Notes: generated by a model not told the origin, from the sequence alone. DNA of 53,271 nt from Eubacteriales bacterium (GCA_045586515.1 JAZNAM010000025.1:1-53271), one strand, 5' to 3'. Shown: positions 38,279 to 48,440, numbered from the stretch's first letter. Translations and numbers: made by a program.

Positions 38279-39349
38279 TTAATTTTTTTCGGTTTCAAAC
38301 TTTTGCCACGGTACGTTGACGAGCGCCCCATCCACAAGAAGCTCTCTGATGTGCATGAGTAAAGGGAAATCCTCGGTGCGGACCACACCGCGATCAGCGA
38401 GCTGCAATACAGCGTCCGCCGTGCGGCGTGCGATTACGATGGATTCGAGCGTGACGCCTTTCAAGAGGTCCATTGCTTGTGCAAAGGATTTGCCTTCGCC
38501 GAGCAGTGTGCCGATTCTTCTTGTGCGACCGCCGAATACAGTCACATACAGGTCGCCAACGCCAAGGAATACATTTTCTTCGGGTGTGCCGTCACATAAC
38601 CCGAGCAGGCGGTACATTTCGCGTGACGCTTGACCAAAGAGCGCCGCTTGCGAGTTGTAATGCTCAAATACGCGGCCCTCACGGCGATAAGACATGCCGA
38701 TGGCAAGTGAAACGCCGAGAGCGTACGCGTTTTTGAGCGCAACGGCGCACTCCACGCCGCGTATGTCGGTAGAAAGGCTGATGTGGTAAAAGTCTGTTTC
38801 GAACAGGGCGCGGATCTCGCGTAGCAGTGCGATGTCGGGACCGCAGAAGGTGACCTCGGTGGGATCATAATCGGCAAGCTCGTAGCTGGTGCAAGGGCCG
38901 CCCACCGCACAGATGCGAAGGGGCTTGTCGGTGAAGCGGAGCATATATTCGGGATAAGAGATAAGCGCGCCAACGCCGTTTCCGTCATCGATCATGCCCT
39001 TGGTAATGGAGAGCACGGGCAAGGAGGTGGGAATGCGGGGGACAACGTTTTCGCAGAACCAATCCAGACCAAAACTGCTCACGCCACAGATAAGCAGATC
39101 TGCGTCGGCAATGCATTCGTCAAACGCCTCGTAGTCGTGAAAAGTCACACCGTTTGGCATCTTAAAGGAGGTTTTTACGCCGTTTATATTGTGAACAAGG
39201 GTGAGATGTTCGCCTGTTTTTTGCCCGTGTGCGATGATGTTACGATCAAGAGGGGTGCCCACAAGACGCACGGTGTGTCCGTTTCGGCAGGCAGGGAATG
39301 CCATGGCGGAGCCCATTTGCCCCGAACCGATTACTGTAATGATTGCCAT
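38279..39349 (-). CDS. NAD(P)H-dependent glycerol-3-phosphate dehydrogenase family protein (divergent GpsA-like)
   Basis: ITVIGSGQMGSAMA (GxGxxG)..ALKNAYALG. GGAGG RBS before the ATG at 39349. Confidence 0.75.
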   Translation of the reverse strand: MAIITVIGSGQMGSAMAFPACRNGHTVRLVGTPLDRNIIAHGQKTGEHLTLVHNINGVKTSFKMPNGVTFHDYEAFDECIADADLLICGVSSFGLDWFCENVVPRIPTSLPVLSITKGMIDDGNGVGALISYPEYMLRFTDKPLRICAVGGPCTSYELADYDPTEVTFCGPDIALLREIRALFETDFYHISLSTDIRGVECAVALKNAYALGVSLAIGMSYRREGRVFEHYNSQAALFGQASREMYRLLGLCDGTPEENVFLGVGDLYVTVFGGRTRRIGTLLGEGKSFAQAMDLLKGVTLESIVIARRTADAVLQLADRGVVRTEDFPLLMHIRELLVDGALVNVPWQKFETEKN

Positions 39350-39502
39350 AAAGAGATTGCCTCCTGAATATTTTCCGCACAAGGCTTGCCAAACATGGTC
39401 GAATGTGCTATGATTATGATAATAAAAAGTAGTGGGAAAGTCAAGCCGTTTTTCCAAATTTGAAATGCACTTGTTTATGCGGCTTGCGAGAAAGGATGCA
39501 AT

Positions 39503-39886
39503 ATGTTTGATAGCAGAAGCGCGAGTAACGCGGCGCTTGCTTATCTCGGTGATGCTGTAATCGAGGTGTTGGTGCGTGAGCGCCTGGTCAGCGAGGGGTA
39601 CACCTCCTCAAAGGCACTCAATGCACACGCGCTGGACTACGTGCGGGCGCCCGCACAGGCGGCTGCCATGGCGCGCATTACGCCTTTACTCAGCGAAGAG
39701 GAGTTGGCGGTGTTTCACCGTGGACGCAACATCGGCCATACCAGTACTCCCAAAAATGCCACGGTAGGGGAATATCGTGCTGCGACGGGTATGGAAGCGC
39801 TGTTTGGATACCTGCATATGACGGGTAGAGAGCAAAGAGCGAGAGAGTTGTTTGCCATCGCGTACGCAAAGGAGAATCAGGCATAA
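39503..39886 (+). CDS. mrnC: mini-ribonuclease 3
   Basis: NAALAYLGDAVIEVLVRE..YRAATGMEALFGYL. Confidence 0.9.
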   Translation: MFDSRSASNAALAYLGDAVIEVLVRERLVSEGYTSSKALNAHALDYVRAPAQAAAMARITPLLSEEELAVFHRGRNIGHTSTPKNATVGEYRAATGMEALFGYLHMTGREQRARELFAIAYAKENQA

Positions 39887-40003
39887 AAGCATGAAAGGGG
39901 CGGAAGTGCTGCCCGTCTGTAACGTGCTGCGCGAAGTTGCCTGGCGGCATTACGCTCGATTTGGAAGATGAAATTAAAAAACACGAAAGTGAGGAAAAAT
40001 AAA

Positions 40004-40507
40004 ATGGAACATCCTAAGATTCGCATTGTGGTAAAGGAGTATGGCGCGATGGAGGCAGAGCTTTACCCCGAAATGGCACCTCTTACGGTTGCCAATTTCG
40101 TAAAGCTTGCAAACGAAAAGTTCTTTGACGGGCTGATTTTTCACCGCGTCATCAGCGGTTTTATGCTGCAAGGCGGTGGCTACTACGAGGACATGAGTGA
40201 GAAGGATACACCCGCCATTCGCGGCGAGTTCCGCGCCAACGGTTTTGCGCAGAACACGCTCAAGCATACGCGCGGCGTGCTTTCTATGGCGCGCACGATG
40301 GATCCCAACTCCGCATCCTCTCAGTTCTTCATCATGCACAAGAACTCGCCCCACCTCGACGGACAGTACGCCGCTTTTGGCAAGGTTGTGGCTGGTGACG
40401 AAGTGATCGACAAGATCGCCGCTGTGCAGACGGGAAACTACGGTTGGTACATGCAAGACGTGCCCACCACGCCCGTTGTGATTGAAACCATTGAGGTGAT
40501 TGCGTAA
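40004..40507 (+). CDS. ppiB: peptidyl-prolyl cis-trans isomerase (cyclophilin type)
   Basis: YPEMAPLTVANFVKL..FHRVISGFMLQGG..SMARTMDPNSASSQFFI. Confidence 0.93.
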   Translation: MEHPKIRIVVKEYGAMEAELYPEMAPLTVANFVKLANEKFFDGLIFHRVISGFMLQGGGYYEDMSEKDTPAIRGEFRANGFAQNTLKHTRGVLSMARTMDPNSASSQFFIMHKNSPHLDGQYAAFGKVVAGDEVIDKIAAVQTGNYGWYMQDVPTTPVVIETIEVIA

Positions 40508-41227
40508 ATGATCAAAGCGGTTTGCTTTGACCTGGACGGCACGTTGTTACCGCTTGACATCGACACCTTTTGCCGCACGTATTTCGGGATGCTTGCTGAC
40601 AAAATGACGCCATACGGGTATGAAAAACGCGCTTTTATTGGCGCAATCATGCGCGGCTCACAGGCGATGTATCAAAATGACGGCGCGCAGACAAACGAGC
40701 AGGTGTTCTGGCAAAGCTTTACGGAAAGTTTGGGCGAACGGGCGCGCGCGCACGAGCCGATTTTTTCGTCCTTTTACGAGCATGAATTTGATGCGGTGCG
40801 TGCGGTGTGCGGCTTTGATGAAAATGCCGCCCTTGCGCTTGGGGCGTGCAAAGAGATGGGGTTAAAGGTTGCCGTTGCGACCAATCCGCTTTTTCCCGAG
40901 ATTGCCACGCGCAAGCGTCTTACTTGGGCGGGAATCGATCCTGCAAGCGTGTCGTTCTACACCACGTATGAGGATCACTGTTACTGCAAGCCCAACAAGG
41001 GCTACTACAAAGAGGTTGCCGCGCGTTTGGAGGTTTGCCCCGAGGAATGCCTGATGGTTGGCAATGACGTTGTGGAGGACATGGCGGCACTCGATGCCGG
41101 CATGCAGGTATTCTTGCTTGTGAATGAACACCTCATCAATCCCCAAGGTAAGGACATTACCATATATCCGCATGGGGATTTTGTCGATCTCGTGCAATAC
41201 ATTGGTTCGCTTTTGCAGAAAACATAA
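40508..41227 (+). CDS. HAD-family hydrolase
   Basis: VCFDLDGTLL (DxDGT)..VGNDVVEDM. Confidence 0.85.
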   Translation: MIKAVCFDLDGTLLPLDIDTFCRTYFGMLADKMTPYGYEKRAFIGAIMRGSQAMYQNDGAQTNEQVFWQSFTESLGERARAHEPIFSSFYEHEFDAVRAVCGFDENAALALGACKEMGLKVAVATNPLFPEIATRKRLTWAGIDPASVSFYTTYEDHCYCKPNKGYYKEVAARLEVCPEECLMVGNDVVEDMAALDAGMQVFLLVNEHLINPQGKDITIYPHGDFVDLVQYIGSLLQKT

Positions 41228-41256
41228 AAAAGCACCCCGTCGGGGTGCTTTTTTTA
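41225..41256. terminator. bidirectional intrinsic terminator
   Basis: A6-GCACCCC-GTCG-GGGTGC-T7. Confidence 0.85.
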
Positions 41257-42027
41257 TGTTTCGTCCTCGCCAAGATAGGCGGCGGATTTTTTTTGAATAC
41301 CGCGGATCTGTTTGAAACCATCGATTTCTCCACGCTGAATGGCGCCGAAGATGCGGAAGTTTACACCGTCGTATTTGCGCTCCCACTCGGCAAGCATTTG
41401 CTTCATTTCCTCGCGTTGGGTGTGTCCGTCTGCGGGGCAAGGTGCCTTGTAAACGGGGAGCTTTTCGCGATTTGCAAAATAGCTGACATCCTTTTCGGGC
41501 ATGTAGACAAGCGGACGGATTACGGTGATATCCGAGCGCGAGAGATAGGAGATCGGTTCAAAGCAGCCGACTCTGCCCTCGTGGAACAGGTTGAGCATAA
41601 AGGTTTCGATGGCGTCATCGCGGTGATGGCCCAGTGCGACCTTATTACAGCTAAGTTCCTTGGCGGTGTTGTGCAGTACGCCGCGCCGCATTTTGGCGCA
41701 AAGTGCGCAGGGGCTCTTCTCCTTGCGAATATCGAAAATGATCGTGGAAATGTCGGTTTTTTTGACATGATAGGGTACGTCAAGTTCGCGGCAGAACGCC
41801 TCGATTCTACTGTAATCTGCGCCTTCAAAGCCCATGTCAATGGTGAGAGCCACCACTTCGTAGGGATTCTTATAGAAGCGGCGCATGGCGGCAAGTCCTG
41901 CGAGCAATGCAAGCGAATCCTTGCCGCCCGAAATACCGACTGCAATGCGGTCGCCCGCTTGGATCATACCGTAATCATCCACGGCGCGGCGCATATAGCT
42001 GAGTAGTCTTCTGGTATCCATTTTCAT
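41254..42027 (-). CDS. PP-loop ATPase, TtcA-like tRNA 2-thiocytidine biosynthesis family
   Basis: GISGGKDSLALL..CALCAKMRRG..GHHRDD. Confidence 0.85.
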   Translation of the reverse strand: MKMDTRRLLSYMRRAVDDYGMIQAGDRIAVGISGGKDSLALLAGLAAMRRFYKNPYEVVALTIDMGFEGADYSRIEAFCRELDVPYHVKKTDISTIIFDIRKEKSPCALCAKMRRGVLHNTAKELSCNKVALGHHRDDAIETFMLNLFHEGRVGCFEPISYLSRSDITVIRPLVYMPEKDVSYFANREKLPVYKAPCPADGHTQREEMKQMLAEWERKYDGVNFRIFGAIQRGEIDGFKQIRGIQKKSAAYLGEDET

Positions 42028-42028
42028 A

Positions 42029-43180
42029 TCAAAGTCCTAACAAAAAGTTTCGTGCCGCTTCGTATTCACCAAGTGCCGCTTGGGCGGCGGCGGAATCCTT
42101 GCTCTCCTTGGCGATGGCGCGGAGCATCACGTTTTTTGGGGTGTCCTCGGGGTCAATGAGCTCAAGGGCGGCAACCTCGTAGCCGTTTGCCTGTAACCAT
42201 TTGAGGCGAAGCGCGTCGGTTGCGGCATCGCACAGCTTTTGGCGAAGCATCGAATGTTCGGCAATGAAGGAGAGCGGTGCGCAGTTTAGCGTGTGGTTTA
42301 ATTCGTGGTGACAGCAAGGAGTGGCGAGGATCACGCGCGCGCCGAAATGAAGTGCGCGCTCGATCACCAGATCCGTTGCGGTGTCACAGGCGTGTAGTGA
42401 GATCACGAGCTGAGGGGCAACGGGGCTTTCGTATTTGCCGACATCGCCACAAACAAATTCGAGTCCGTCAAAGCCGAGGGCGCGGGCGGTGTTGTTGCAA
42501 TGCTCGACTACGTCGGATTTAAGGTCAACGCCCGTCATCGACACGGTATAACCGAGAATGTTGGCGAAATAATGGTAGACGGCAAAGGATAAGTAGCTTT
42601 TGCCACAGCAAAGATCGCAAATGCGGATCTCGCCCTTAGGAAGATGGGGGAGCGTGTCGCGCACCAATTCCAAAAAGCGGTTGATTTGGCGGAATTTGGC
42701 GCGCTTTTTGTCAAAGACGCGTCCGTTCTCGTCCGCCACGTTAAGCAGGCGCAAAAACGGTTCGCGCCCTGTAAGGATATATTGTTTTTCTTTGTTGTTG
42801 CCCATAACGTTTACCTGTCCGCCCGGCCTGCTTTTCAGCTTTGTGGCGCCAAGCAGTATAGCGTTGCCACGCTTGTTACAGCGATATTCTGCGTCCCCTG
42901 CGGTGGTAAGCAGATTGATCTGCCCAAATGCGCCGATATGAGGGAGAAGCGCGCCTACGAGCGTGTCGGCGACGGCGAGGTTTTCGTGTGTTGCCTTATT
43001 GTCTGCGTGGAAGGTTTCAAGCTGGAGCATAACGGCACCGCCGATCTCACGCAACGTGCCCACCATGCGGACGGTGCGCTTGTCTGTTGGCTTGGAAAAG
43101 ACAAGCTTCTTGAGCGTTTGACCGCTTGCCGCGTTGCTAATGAGCAAGGCAAGCTCCTGTGCGGCGCTCATCTTACTCAT
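42029..43180 (-). CDS. class I SAM-dependent methyltransferase (Methyltransf_32-like)
   Basis: ICDLCCGKSYLSF..SLHACDTATD..CCHHEL. The start overlaps the plsY stop; the ATG at 43171 is an alternative. Confidence 0.7.
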   Translation of the reverse strand: MSKMSAAQELALLISNAASGQTLKKLVFSKPTDKRTVRMVGTLREIGGAVMLQLETFHADNKATHENLAVADTLVGALLPHIGAFGQINLLTTAGDAEYRCNKRGNAILLGATKLKSRPGGQVNVMGNNKEKQYILTGREPFLRLLNVADENGRVFDKKRAKFRQINRFLELVRDTLPHLPKGEIRICDLCCGKSYLSFAVYHYFANILGYTVSMTGVDLKSDVVEHCNNTARALGFDGLEFVCGDVGKYESPVAPQLVISLHACDTATDLVIERALHFGARVILATPCCHHELNHTLNCAPLSFIAEHSMLRQKLCDAATDALRLKWLQANGYEVAALELIDPEDTPKNVMLRAIAKESKDSAAAQAALGEYEAARNFLLGL

Positions 43181-43985
43181 GGTCCTCGCTGTTGGCAGTT
43201 TCGGTAGGAAGCTCTGCGGGTTCGGTGGGAGCGGCAGGCGCTTTTTTCTTGAACAGGTAAGTCTTGCGCTCCTTTCCGGCAATCAGGCGCTGGATGTTGG
43301 AACGGTGGCACCAGGTAATGAGTAGGCCGGTGAGCAGTGCGATGAGTACGTGCGTACCGAATTGCAGGAAGATGCGGTCAAAAGATGCGAGCAGTACGGG
43401 ATAAAACATCGCGATCGTGATGGACGAGAGCGATACGTAGTGCGTGATAAGGATCATGGGGAAGTAGACGATCATGAGCAAAAGGAATACGGCAGGATCG
43501 AGTGCCGCCATCGCAGCGATGAGGGTGGCAAACCCTTTGCCGCCTCTAAACTTGGCGAAAACGGGGAATACGTGACCGAGAATACACATGAAAGCGGAAA
43601 GGTAGGACGCAGTCACGAGTAGCCAGTAGCCGCCGGAGGTAATGGGCGCGCCAAACACAAGACAAGCAAGGAGAATGGCGATCACGCCCTTGAAGGTATC
43701 TCCCATAAAGGTGAGAATTGCGGCCTTTTTGCCAAAGGTGCGTAGCATGTTGGTGGTGCCGGCGTTTCCGCTGCCGTATTTGCGCACATCATCGTGATAA
43801 AACACACGAGAAATGAGAACGGCAAAGCTGATGCTACCGAGCAGATAGGAAGCCACGATGCACAAAAGGAAGCCCCCGCCGACAAGGAGCGCCTTGCCCG
43901 TGTCGTCCAACTCCAACGTATTGAGCAACCATTGTACCAGGCCGTTTTTGAAAAGGTCGTAAATGCCACAAGTCCAGAAATTCAT
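43173..43985 (-). CDS. plsY: glycerol-3-phosphate acyltransferase PlsY
   Basis: YLLGSISFAVLISR..GSGNAGTTN..FKGGKG. It carries N- and C-terminal extensions. Confidence 0.9.
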   Translation of the reverse strand: MNFWTCGIYDLFKNGLVQWLLNTLELDDTGKALLVGGGFLLCIVASYLLGSISFAVLISRVFYHDDVRKYGSGNAGTTNMLRTFGKKAAILTFMGDTFKGVIAILLACLVFGAPITSGGYWLLVTASYLSAFMCILGHVFPVFAKFRGGKGFATLIAAMAALDPAVFLLLMIVYFPMILITHYVSLSSITIAMFYPVLLASFDRIFLQFGTHVLIALLTGLLITWCHRSNIQRLIAGKERKTYLFKKKAPAAPTEPAELPTETANSEDHE

Positions 43986-43987
43986 GT

Positions 43988-44674
43988 TTAAATGCCTCCT
44001 TGGGTATGGTTTGTATCCTCGCCCTTTTGACGGAAGATTCGGCGAAGGAAAAAGATGAGATCAGCTTCGAGAATAAAGCAAGAAATTGGATTTGTTTTGT
44101 GCTTTTCCAGTAGACGGTAGACAAGGGAGAAGAGCAGGAATGCAAGGATTGCCGCCACTGAGCCCGCAAGAATGCCGCCGAGCACGTCTGTGGGGTAGTG
44201 AACCATCAGATAAAGTCTTGTGAAGGCAACAAGCGTGGCAAACACAAGCGCAGTCCAACTGTATTTTTTGCGGCAAGTGAGGAACATGGCGCCCATTGCG
44301 GCAAACGCAACGGTTGCATGTCCGGAGGGGAAGGAGCGCTCGCTCTCTAACGTAGCACCTACGTATTGCCACCAGGTGCGGAAGGGTTCGTGTTCGTAGG
44401 GGCGTACACGCGCCACTAGGGGTTTGAGAGTGACGTTGGTAATAAGGCCTCCTATGGCAATGGCGGCAAGTATCACCACGCCGATTTTGCGCGTACGGCG
44501 GAAAAGCAGTAGGATCGCACCGAGGAGAATAAAGCCAAGACCCTTGTCGCCAACAGCGGTAATGATGCGCATAATCGGCGTGAAGAATCCGCCCGTTTCC
44601 TCGGCAAAGGTGTGAATCACCGATAGAATGGCGGTGTCAAAACCGCAAAAAAAGGTGTCGAGAAAAGTTGCCAT
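43988..44674 (-). CDS. PAP2-family phosphatase
   Basis: KPLVARVRPY..PSGHA..SRLYLMVHYPTDV are PAP2 motifs C1-C3. Confidence 0.88.
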   Translation of the reverse strand: MATFLDTFFCGFDTAILSVIHTFAEETGGFFTPIMRIITAVGDKGLGFILLGAILLLFRRTRKIGVVILAAIAIGGLITNVTLKPLVARVRPYEHEPFRTWWQYVGATLESERSFPSGHATVAFAAMGAMFLTCRKKYSWTALVFATLVAFTRLYLMVHYPTDVLGGILAGSVAAILAFLLFSLVYRLLEKHKTNPISCFILEADLIFFLRRIFRQKGEDTNHTQGGI

Positions 44675-44692
44675 AACATCTCCTTGTCAGTA

Positions 44693-45811
44693 TTAATAGA
44701 GGTTAGAGCCGGGCAGAAGAAAATCGAGCTCATCCTCATAGATGAACTGGATGACTGCGTCAGGCGCGGCATCCTTTAGAATCTGCTCGTCGTGCACGAG
44801 CGAGGTTTGGTACGTGACGTCGAGGAACGTATTGGAAAAAAAGGGTTCCATTTGCAACCGTTCCCACGTGTCGGAAAATTGCAACAGAAGTGAGGGCGTT
44901 TCACTCACATCAACACTCACGATGGGAAGCAGACGGGTCTTGGTCATGCCGCCCGACATGATCTGAATGTGATAGTTGAGTTTGGTATCATTGGAGAGGG
45001 AAACGGTGAGATTTTGCGCAACGTCAGCAAGCCCCGCGGCGCGCGCGATGGCCTTACCCGTTGTGTTATGTTGGTAAAAGGAGAGATCGCCGCGCTCGAT
45101 TGCGTGCGTTTTTGCCATTACCGTATCCTCAAAGCATTCGTATACAAGCCGATAGGTATAGAAACACCCAAGCGCGTTGAGGGAATTTTCGGTGTTGTTG
45201 TAGAGAAGCCCTTCGTCTTTATATTGTGTCAAATCATCCGTGAGATTAACGAAAGAGGTAAAACCGCGATCAACCAGTGCTTGCTCCAGACGGTCAAGGC
45301 GGGTTTCGCGGATGTTGCCTAAATAGGCGGGCATGTTTTCGCTGTATACTGTTTGGGCGTTGGGGAGGATCACTACGAGGAATGCAATGTTTTGTTCGGC
45401 GTATAAAGCGCGCCGTGCCTCAAGCTGTGTGGCAATGGCGTCACATTCTTCTTCGGTGAAAGAAAGCCCACCCAAGTAGTCTGCCAAATAGTTGTAATCA
45501 TACTCCTGGTTTTCCACCTCAAAAAGAAAGCCGTTTTTGCCTGCCAGAACGTTTTCGTTTTCCACGATGCCGAATAGGCGATACTGTGTGTTTCGAATGC
45601 GCGTAAGGGCGCTGTCGTTTTGATAAACGGCGCGTTCAAAACGGTGTGTGAACGCATTGCCCTCAATTACCGTACCGTCAAAGCAGGCATCGGCGGATTC
45701 GTAGCGTTGCCCCACAAAGCAGGTCACAAGGTAAAATACAGAGCAACTGAGCAGTATGCCGATGAAGACGGAGGTAATGATCAAATCAAAAAGAGAAGTA
45801 TTCTTTTCCAT
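44693..45811 (-). CDS. AlgJ/AlgX-type (DHHW-family-like) extracytoplasmic protein with a degenerate catalytic motif
   Basis: N-terminal TM anchor. LYNNTENSLNALGCFYTY aligns by eye with the family block LYyKTDHHWtxLGAyyAY. It lies adjacent to the MBOAT gene. Confidence 0.6.
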   Translation of the reverse strand: MEKNTSLFDLIITSVFIGILLSCSVFYLVTCFVGQRYESADACFDGTVIEGNAFTHRFERAVYQNDSALTRIRNTQYRLFGIVENENVLAGKNGFLFEVENQEYDYNYLADYLGGLSFTEEECDAIATQLEARRALYAEQNIAFLVVILPNAQTVYSENMPAYLGNIRETRLDRLEQALVDRGFTSFVNLTDDLTQYKDEGLLYNNTENSLNALGCFYTYRLVYECFEDTVMAKTHAIERGDLSFYQHNTTGKAIARAAGLADVAQNLTVSLSNDTKLNYHIQIMSGGMTKTRLLPIVSVDVSETPSLLLQFSDTWERLQMEPFFSNTFLDVTYQTSLVHDEQILKDAAPDAVIQFIYEDELDFLLPGSNLY

Positions 45812-45815
45812 CGTG

Positions 45816-47216
45816 TTACCTCACAAAGAAAGACGTACCGTACACGGGATCTGTGTATTGCGGAAATTGGGGGAGGAAATACCATATGGTGCCTACGAAA
45901 GCAAGAACAAGGAGCGAGGCGGATATGCAGCGAAACACAAAATTCGCTTGTTTGGGGATGCGATTTGCGAGCACCGAGTAGTAGTAAAGCACAGGCGAGA
46001 GTGCGACAGTGGCGAGCGCGGGCGCGAGGTAGCGCGCATCGGCAATGGCGCCGAATAGGTAGTAAAAGGAGTAGGCGGAGCTACCGTCGAACGAGTGCTT
46101 GATCAAGGTGAAAATGTCAAAGGGATCGCGCAACATAATGCCCAGTGCGAAAAAGGAAAGGACCAGGGTTGAAACGATGCCGAATGCGAAGCGCGCAAGC
46201 GCGCGACGAGGAAAACGTTGCCAGCGCGGGCGCGAAACCGTGAGCCAAGCGGAAATGAAAAGCGGGAGCGCAAGCACAAGCGCTTCGGGACGAGTGCGGT
46301 AGAACAGCACTGTCACGAGAACGGAGAGTGCGGCGGCAAGCAGCCGTCCCCATTGCCCGTGGATGCGTGCGCGCAAGGGGCGCGCCACATAGTCCTCTAT
46401 ATAACGGTCAAAGGGGAGAAGCATAGAGGCGAGCGCGCGATGGGGCGCAAGGAGCGAAACGGTGCCGCTTTGTCCTCTGGGAGAACTGATGCCGAGTAGT
46501 GACATTGTACCGCGTGCCATGTCCGTTGTGCCCGTGACGAACATATAGAACAGGGCATATGCCATCGCAAGAAGAGACAGGAGCGCAAGGGCTGGGAGCG
46601 ACGCTTCTTCGAAGGAATGTACGTCGGAAAAGGCGCGCATGAGCACGGCTGCAACCGCGATGCGCTTGATATAGCCGCGCATAAAAAGGCGTGCACCCAG
46701 GGAAGTCGTTTTTCGAGAGGGGGGCGTGATGCGCTCGGTTGCGTATAAGAACTGCTTGTAGCGCAGAATTGGTCCTACAAGCATCGTGGGGAAAAAGAGC
46801 AGGTATGCAATGATGGAAAAGGGGTTGTCGCGTTCGGGCGCGTCGCCACGGTATTGGTCAATAGCAATCGAAACGGCCGAGAGAGCCACCATGGTCAGTC
46901 CCGCAGGATAATGATAGTCGAAAGGCGCATATTCTGTCAGTAATCGTGCCGTAACGAGGACGCAAACGGGAACTGCCACGCCAAAAGCGAGGCGCACGCG
47001 CGGTGCGCGATCGGGTAACGCCGAGAGCAGGCAAACGAACGCCACGAGTGCGCCGATCTGCAAAAGTGCTGCGAGGTTGCCCCTATTGCTGAACAAAAAC
47101 CAGATCAGCGAAAAAACGGTGATGATGCCTATTCGGTGATGCGCACGGCAGATGAGAAGCAACAGCAAAAACAGCGGGAGAAACACGAATAAAAGCAGCG
47201 GATTGGTCAGTTGCAT
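45816..47216 (-). CDS. MBOAT-family membrane O-acyltransferase (AlgI/DltB/PatA-like, divergent)
   Basis: AVSIAIDQYRGDAPERDNPFSIIAYLLFFPTMLVGPILRYKQF matches the MBOAT N-terminal signature. Polytopic. Confidence 0.75.
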   Translation of the reverse strand: MQLTNPLLLFVFLPLFLLLLLICRAHHRIGIITVFSLIWFLFSNRGNLAALLQIGALVAFVCLLSALPDRAPRVRLAFGVAVPVCVLVTARLLTEYAPFDYHYPAGLTMVALSAVSIAIDQYRGDAPERDNPFSIIAYLLFFPTMLVGPILRYKQFLYATERITPPSRKTTSLGARLFMRGYIKRIAVAAVLMRAFSDVHSFEEASLPALALLSLLAMAYALFYMFVTGTTDMARGTMSLLGISSPRGQSGTVSLLAPHRALASMLLPFDRYIEDYVARPLRARIHGQWGRLLAAALSVLVTVLFYRTRPEALVLALPLFISAWLTVSRPRWQRFPRRALARFAFGIVSTLVLSFFALGIMLRDPFDIFTLIKHSFDGSSAYSFYYLFGAIADARYLAPALATVALSPVLYYYSVLANRIPKQANFVFRCISASLLVLAFVGTIWYFLPQFPQYTDPVYGTSFFVR

Positions 47217-47356
47217 ATGCTATCCCCCTTCCCGCATTAATTTAACTCACAGATAACATTATTTTAACATAAACGCGCGCGTTTGACAAGAGGGTGCAAG
47301 ACTCTTTGTATTCTTCCGCGCTTTTTTTCGTATCGTTTCATTTTTGCCTGAATACA

Positions 47357-47385
47357 TTGAAAAACAGGGGCAACTATGATATACT
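47357..47385 (+). promoter_or_regulatory. sigma-A-type promoter
   Basis: TTGAAA, a 17-nt spacer, then TATACT. The leader to the ATG is about 100 nt. Confidence 0.6.
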
Positions 47386-47488
47386 GGTGACAATCCAGCG
47401 CCGCATGGAACGCGAATGCATCGATCCTGCGGCAACGCATTTTGCCTTTTCGTGATAACGCATGAAAGGCTAAGAGAGGAGATTTCGC

Positions 47489-48403
47489 ATGAAAACAAGT
47501 CTTGTTATTATGGCGGCCGGTATTGGTTCGCGTTTCGGTGGCGGCATCAAGCAGCTTGCCCCTGTCGGCCCGAATGGCGAGATCATTATGGACTACTCGA
47601 TTCATGATGCACTTGAGGCAGGTTTCGATCGCGTTGTGTTTATCATTCGCCACGATTTGGAGAAGGATTTCCGTGAGATCATTGGTGAGCGCATTGAAAA
47701 AATTTGCCCCATCGCCTACGCATTTCAGGAACGTGACGATCTGCCTGCGCCCTATACCTGCCCTGCGGAGCGCACCAAACCCTGGGGCACGGGTCAAGCG
47801 GTGCTTGCTTGCCGTGGTATCGTGAACGAGCCTTTTTTGGTGATCAATGCAGACGATTATTACGGCAAAGAGGCGTTTCATATTGCGCATGACTTCCTTG
47901 TAGCAAACGGCAATAGCAAAGCAAAATACTGTATGCCCGGCTTTATCCTCAAAAACACCCTGTCGGATAATGGCGCTGTGACGCGCGGTATCTGCCGTGC
48001 CAACGCCGAAGGGTATCTGACCGAGGTGGCGGAAACGAGCGGCATTGTAAAGACGGCAAGCGGTGCGGCTGTCGAGAAGGACGGCACGCTGACCCCTGTT
48101 GATCCCGACGCAATCGTGAGCATGAACATGTGGGCAATGACCCCTGATTTCCTTGATGTGTTGGCCGAGGGCTTTCCCAAGTTCCTCTCCGAGATCCCTG
48201 CGGGCAATCTCAAAGCAGAGTATCTGCTTCCCCTTGTGGTCGACGAGCTGGTACAAAGTGGTCGTGCAAGCGTCAAAGTAATCCCCTCGCACGACAAATG
48301 GTTCGGCGTCACCTATCAAGAAGATAAGCAAACCGTCATCGAAGCATTCCGCGAACTGTATGCGCGCGGCGTGTACGACGAGCGGGATCTCTACGCGGAG
48401 TAA
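47489..48403 (+). CDS. sugar-phosphate nucleotidyltransferase family protein
   Basis: LVIMAAGIGSRFGGGIKQL (G-rich NTP loop)..INADDYYG. Confidence 0.8.
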   Translation: MKTSLVIMAAGIGSRFGGGIKQLAPVGPNGEIIMDYSIHDALEAGFDRVVFIIRHDLEKDFREIIGERIEKICPIAYAFQERDDLPAPYTCPAERTKPWGTGQAVLACRGIVNEPFLVINADDYYGKEAFHIAHDFLVANGNSKAKYCMPGFILKNTLSDNGAVTRGICRANAEGYLTEVAETSGIVKTASGAAVEKDGTLTPVDPDAIVSMNMWAMTPDFLDVLAEGFPKFLSEIPAGNLKAEYLLPLVVDELVQSGRASVKVIPSHDKWFGVTYQEDKQTVIEAFRELYARGVYDERDLYAE

Positions 48404-48410
48404 TGGCAGA

Positions 48411-48439
48411 GAAGACGAGCCGTTTGGCTCGTCTTTTTT
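48411..48439 (+). terminator. intrinsic terminator
   Basis: GAAGACGAGCC-GTTT-GGCTCGTCTT followed by a T-run. Confidence 0.85.
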
Positions 48440-48440
48440 G

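Noticed and set aside
47386-47488. Possible riboswitch or attenuator in the roughly 100-nt leader of the nucleotidyltransferase gene.
   Set aside because: It contains only short, non-nested hairpins (GCAT..ATGC, GCCTTT..AAAGGC). There is no terminator U-tract and no resemblance to any riboswitch consensus I can recognise. The evidence is insufficient.
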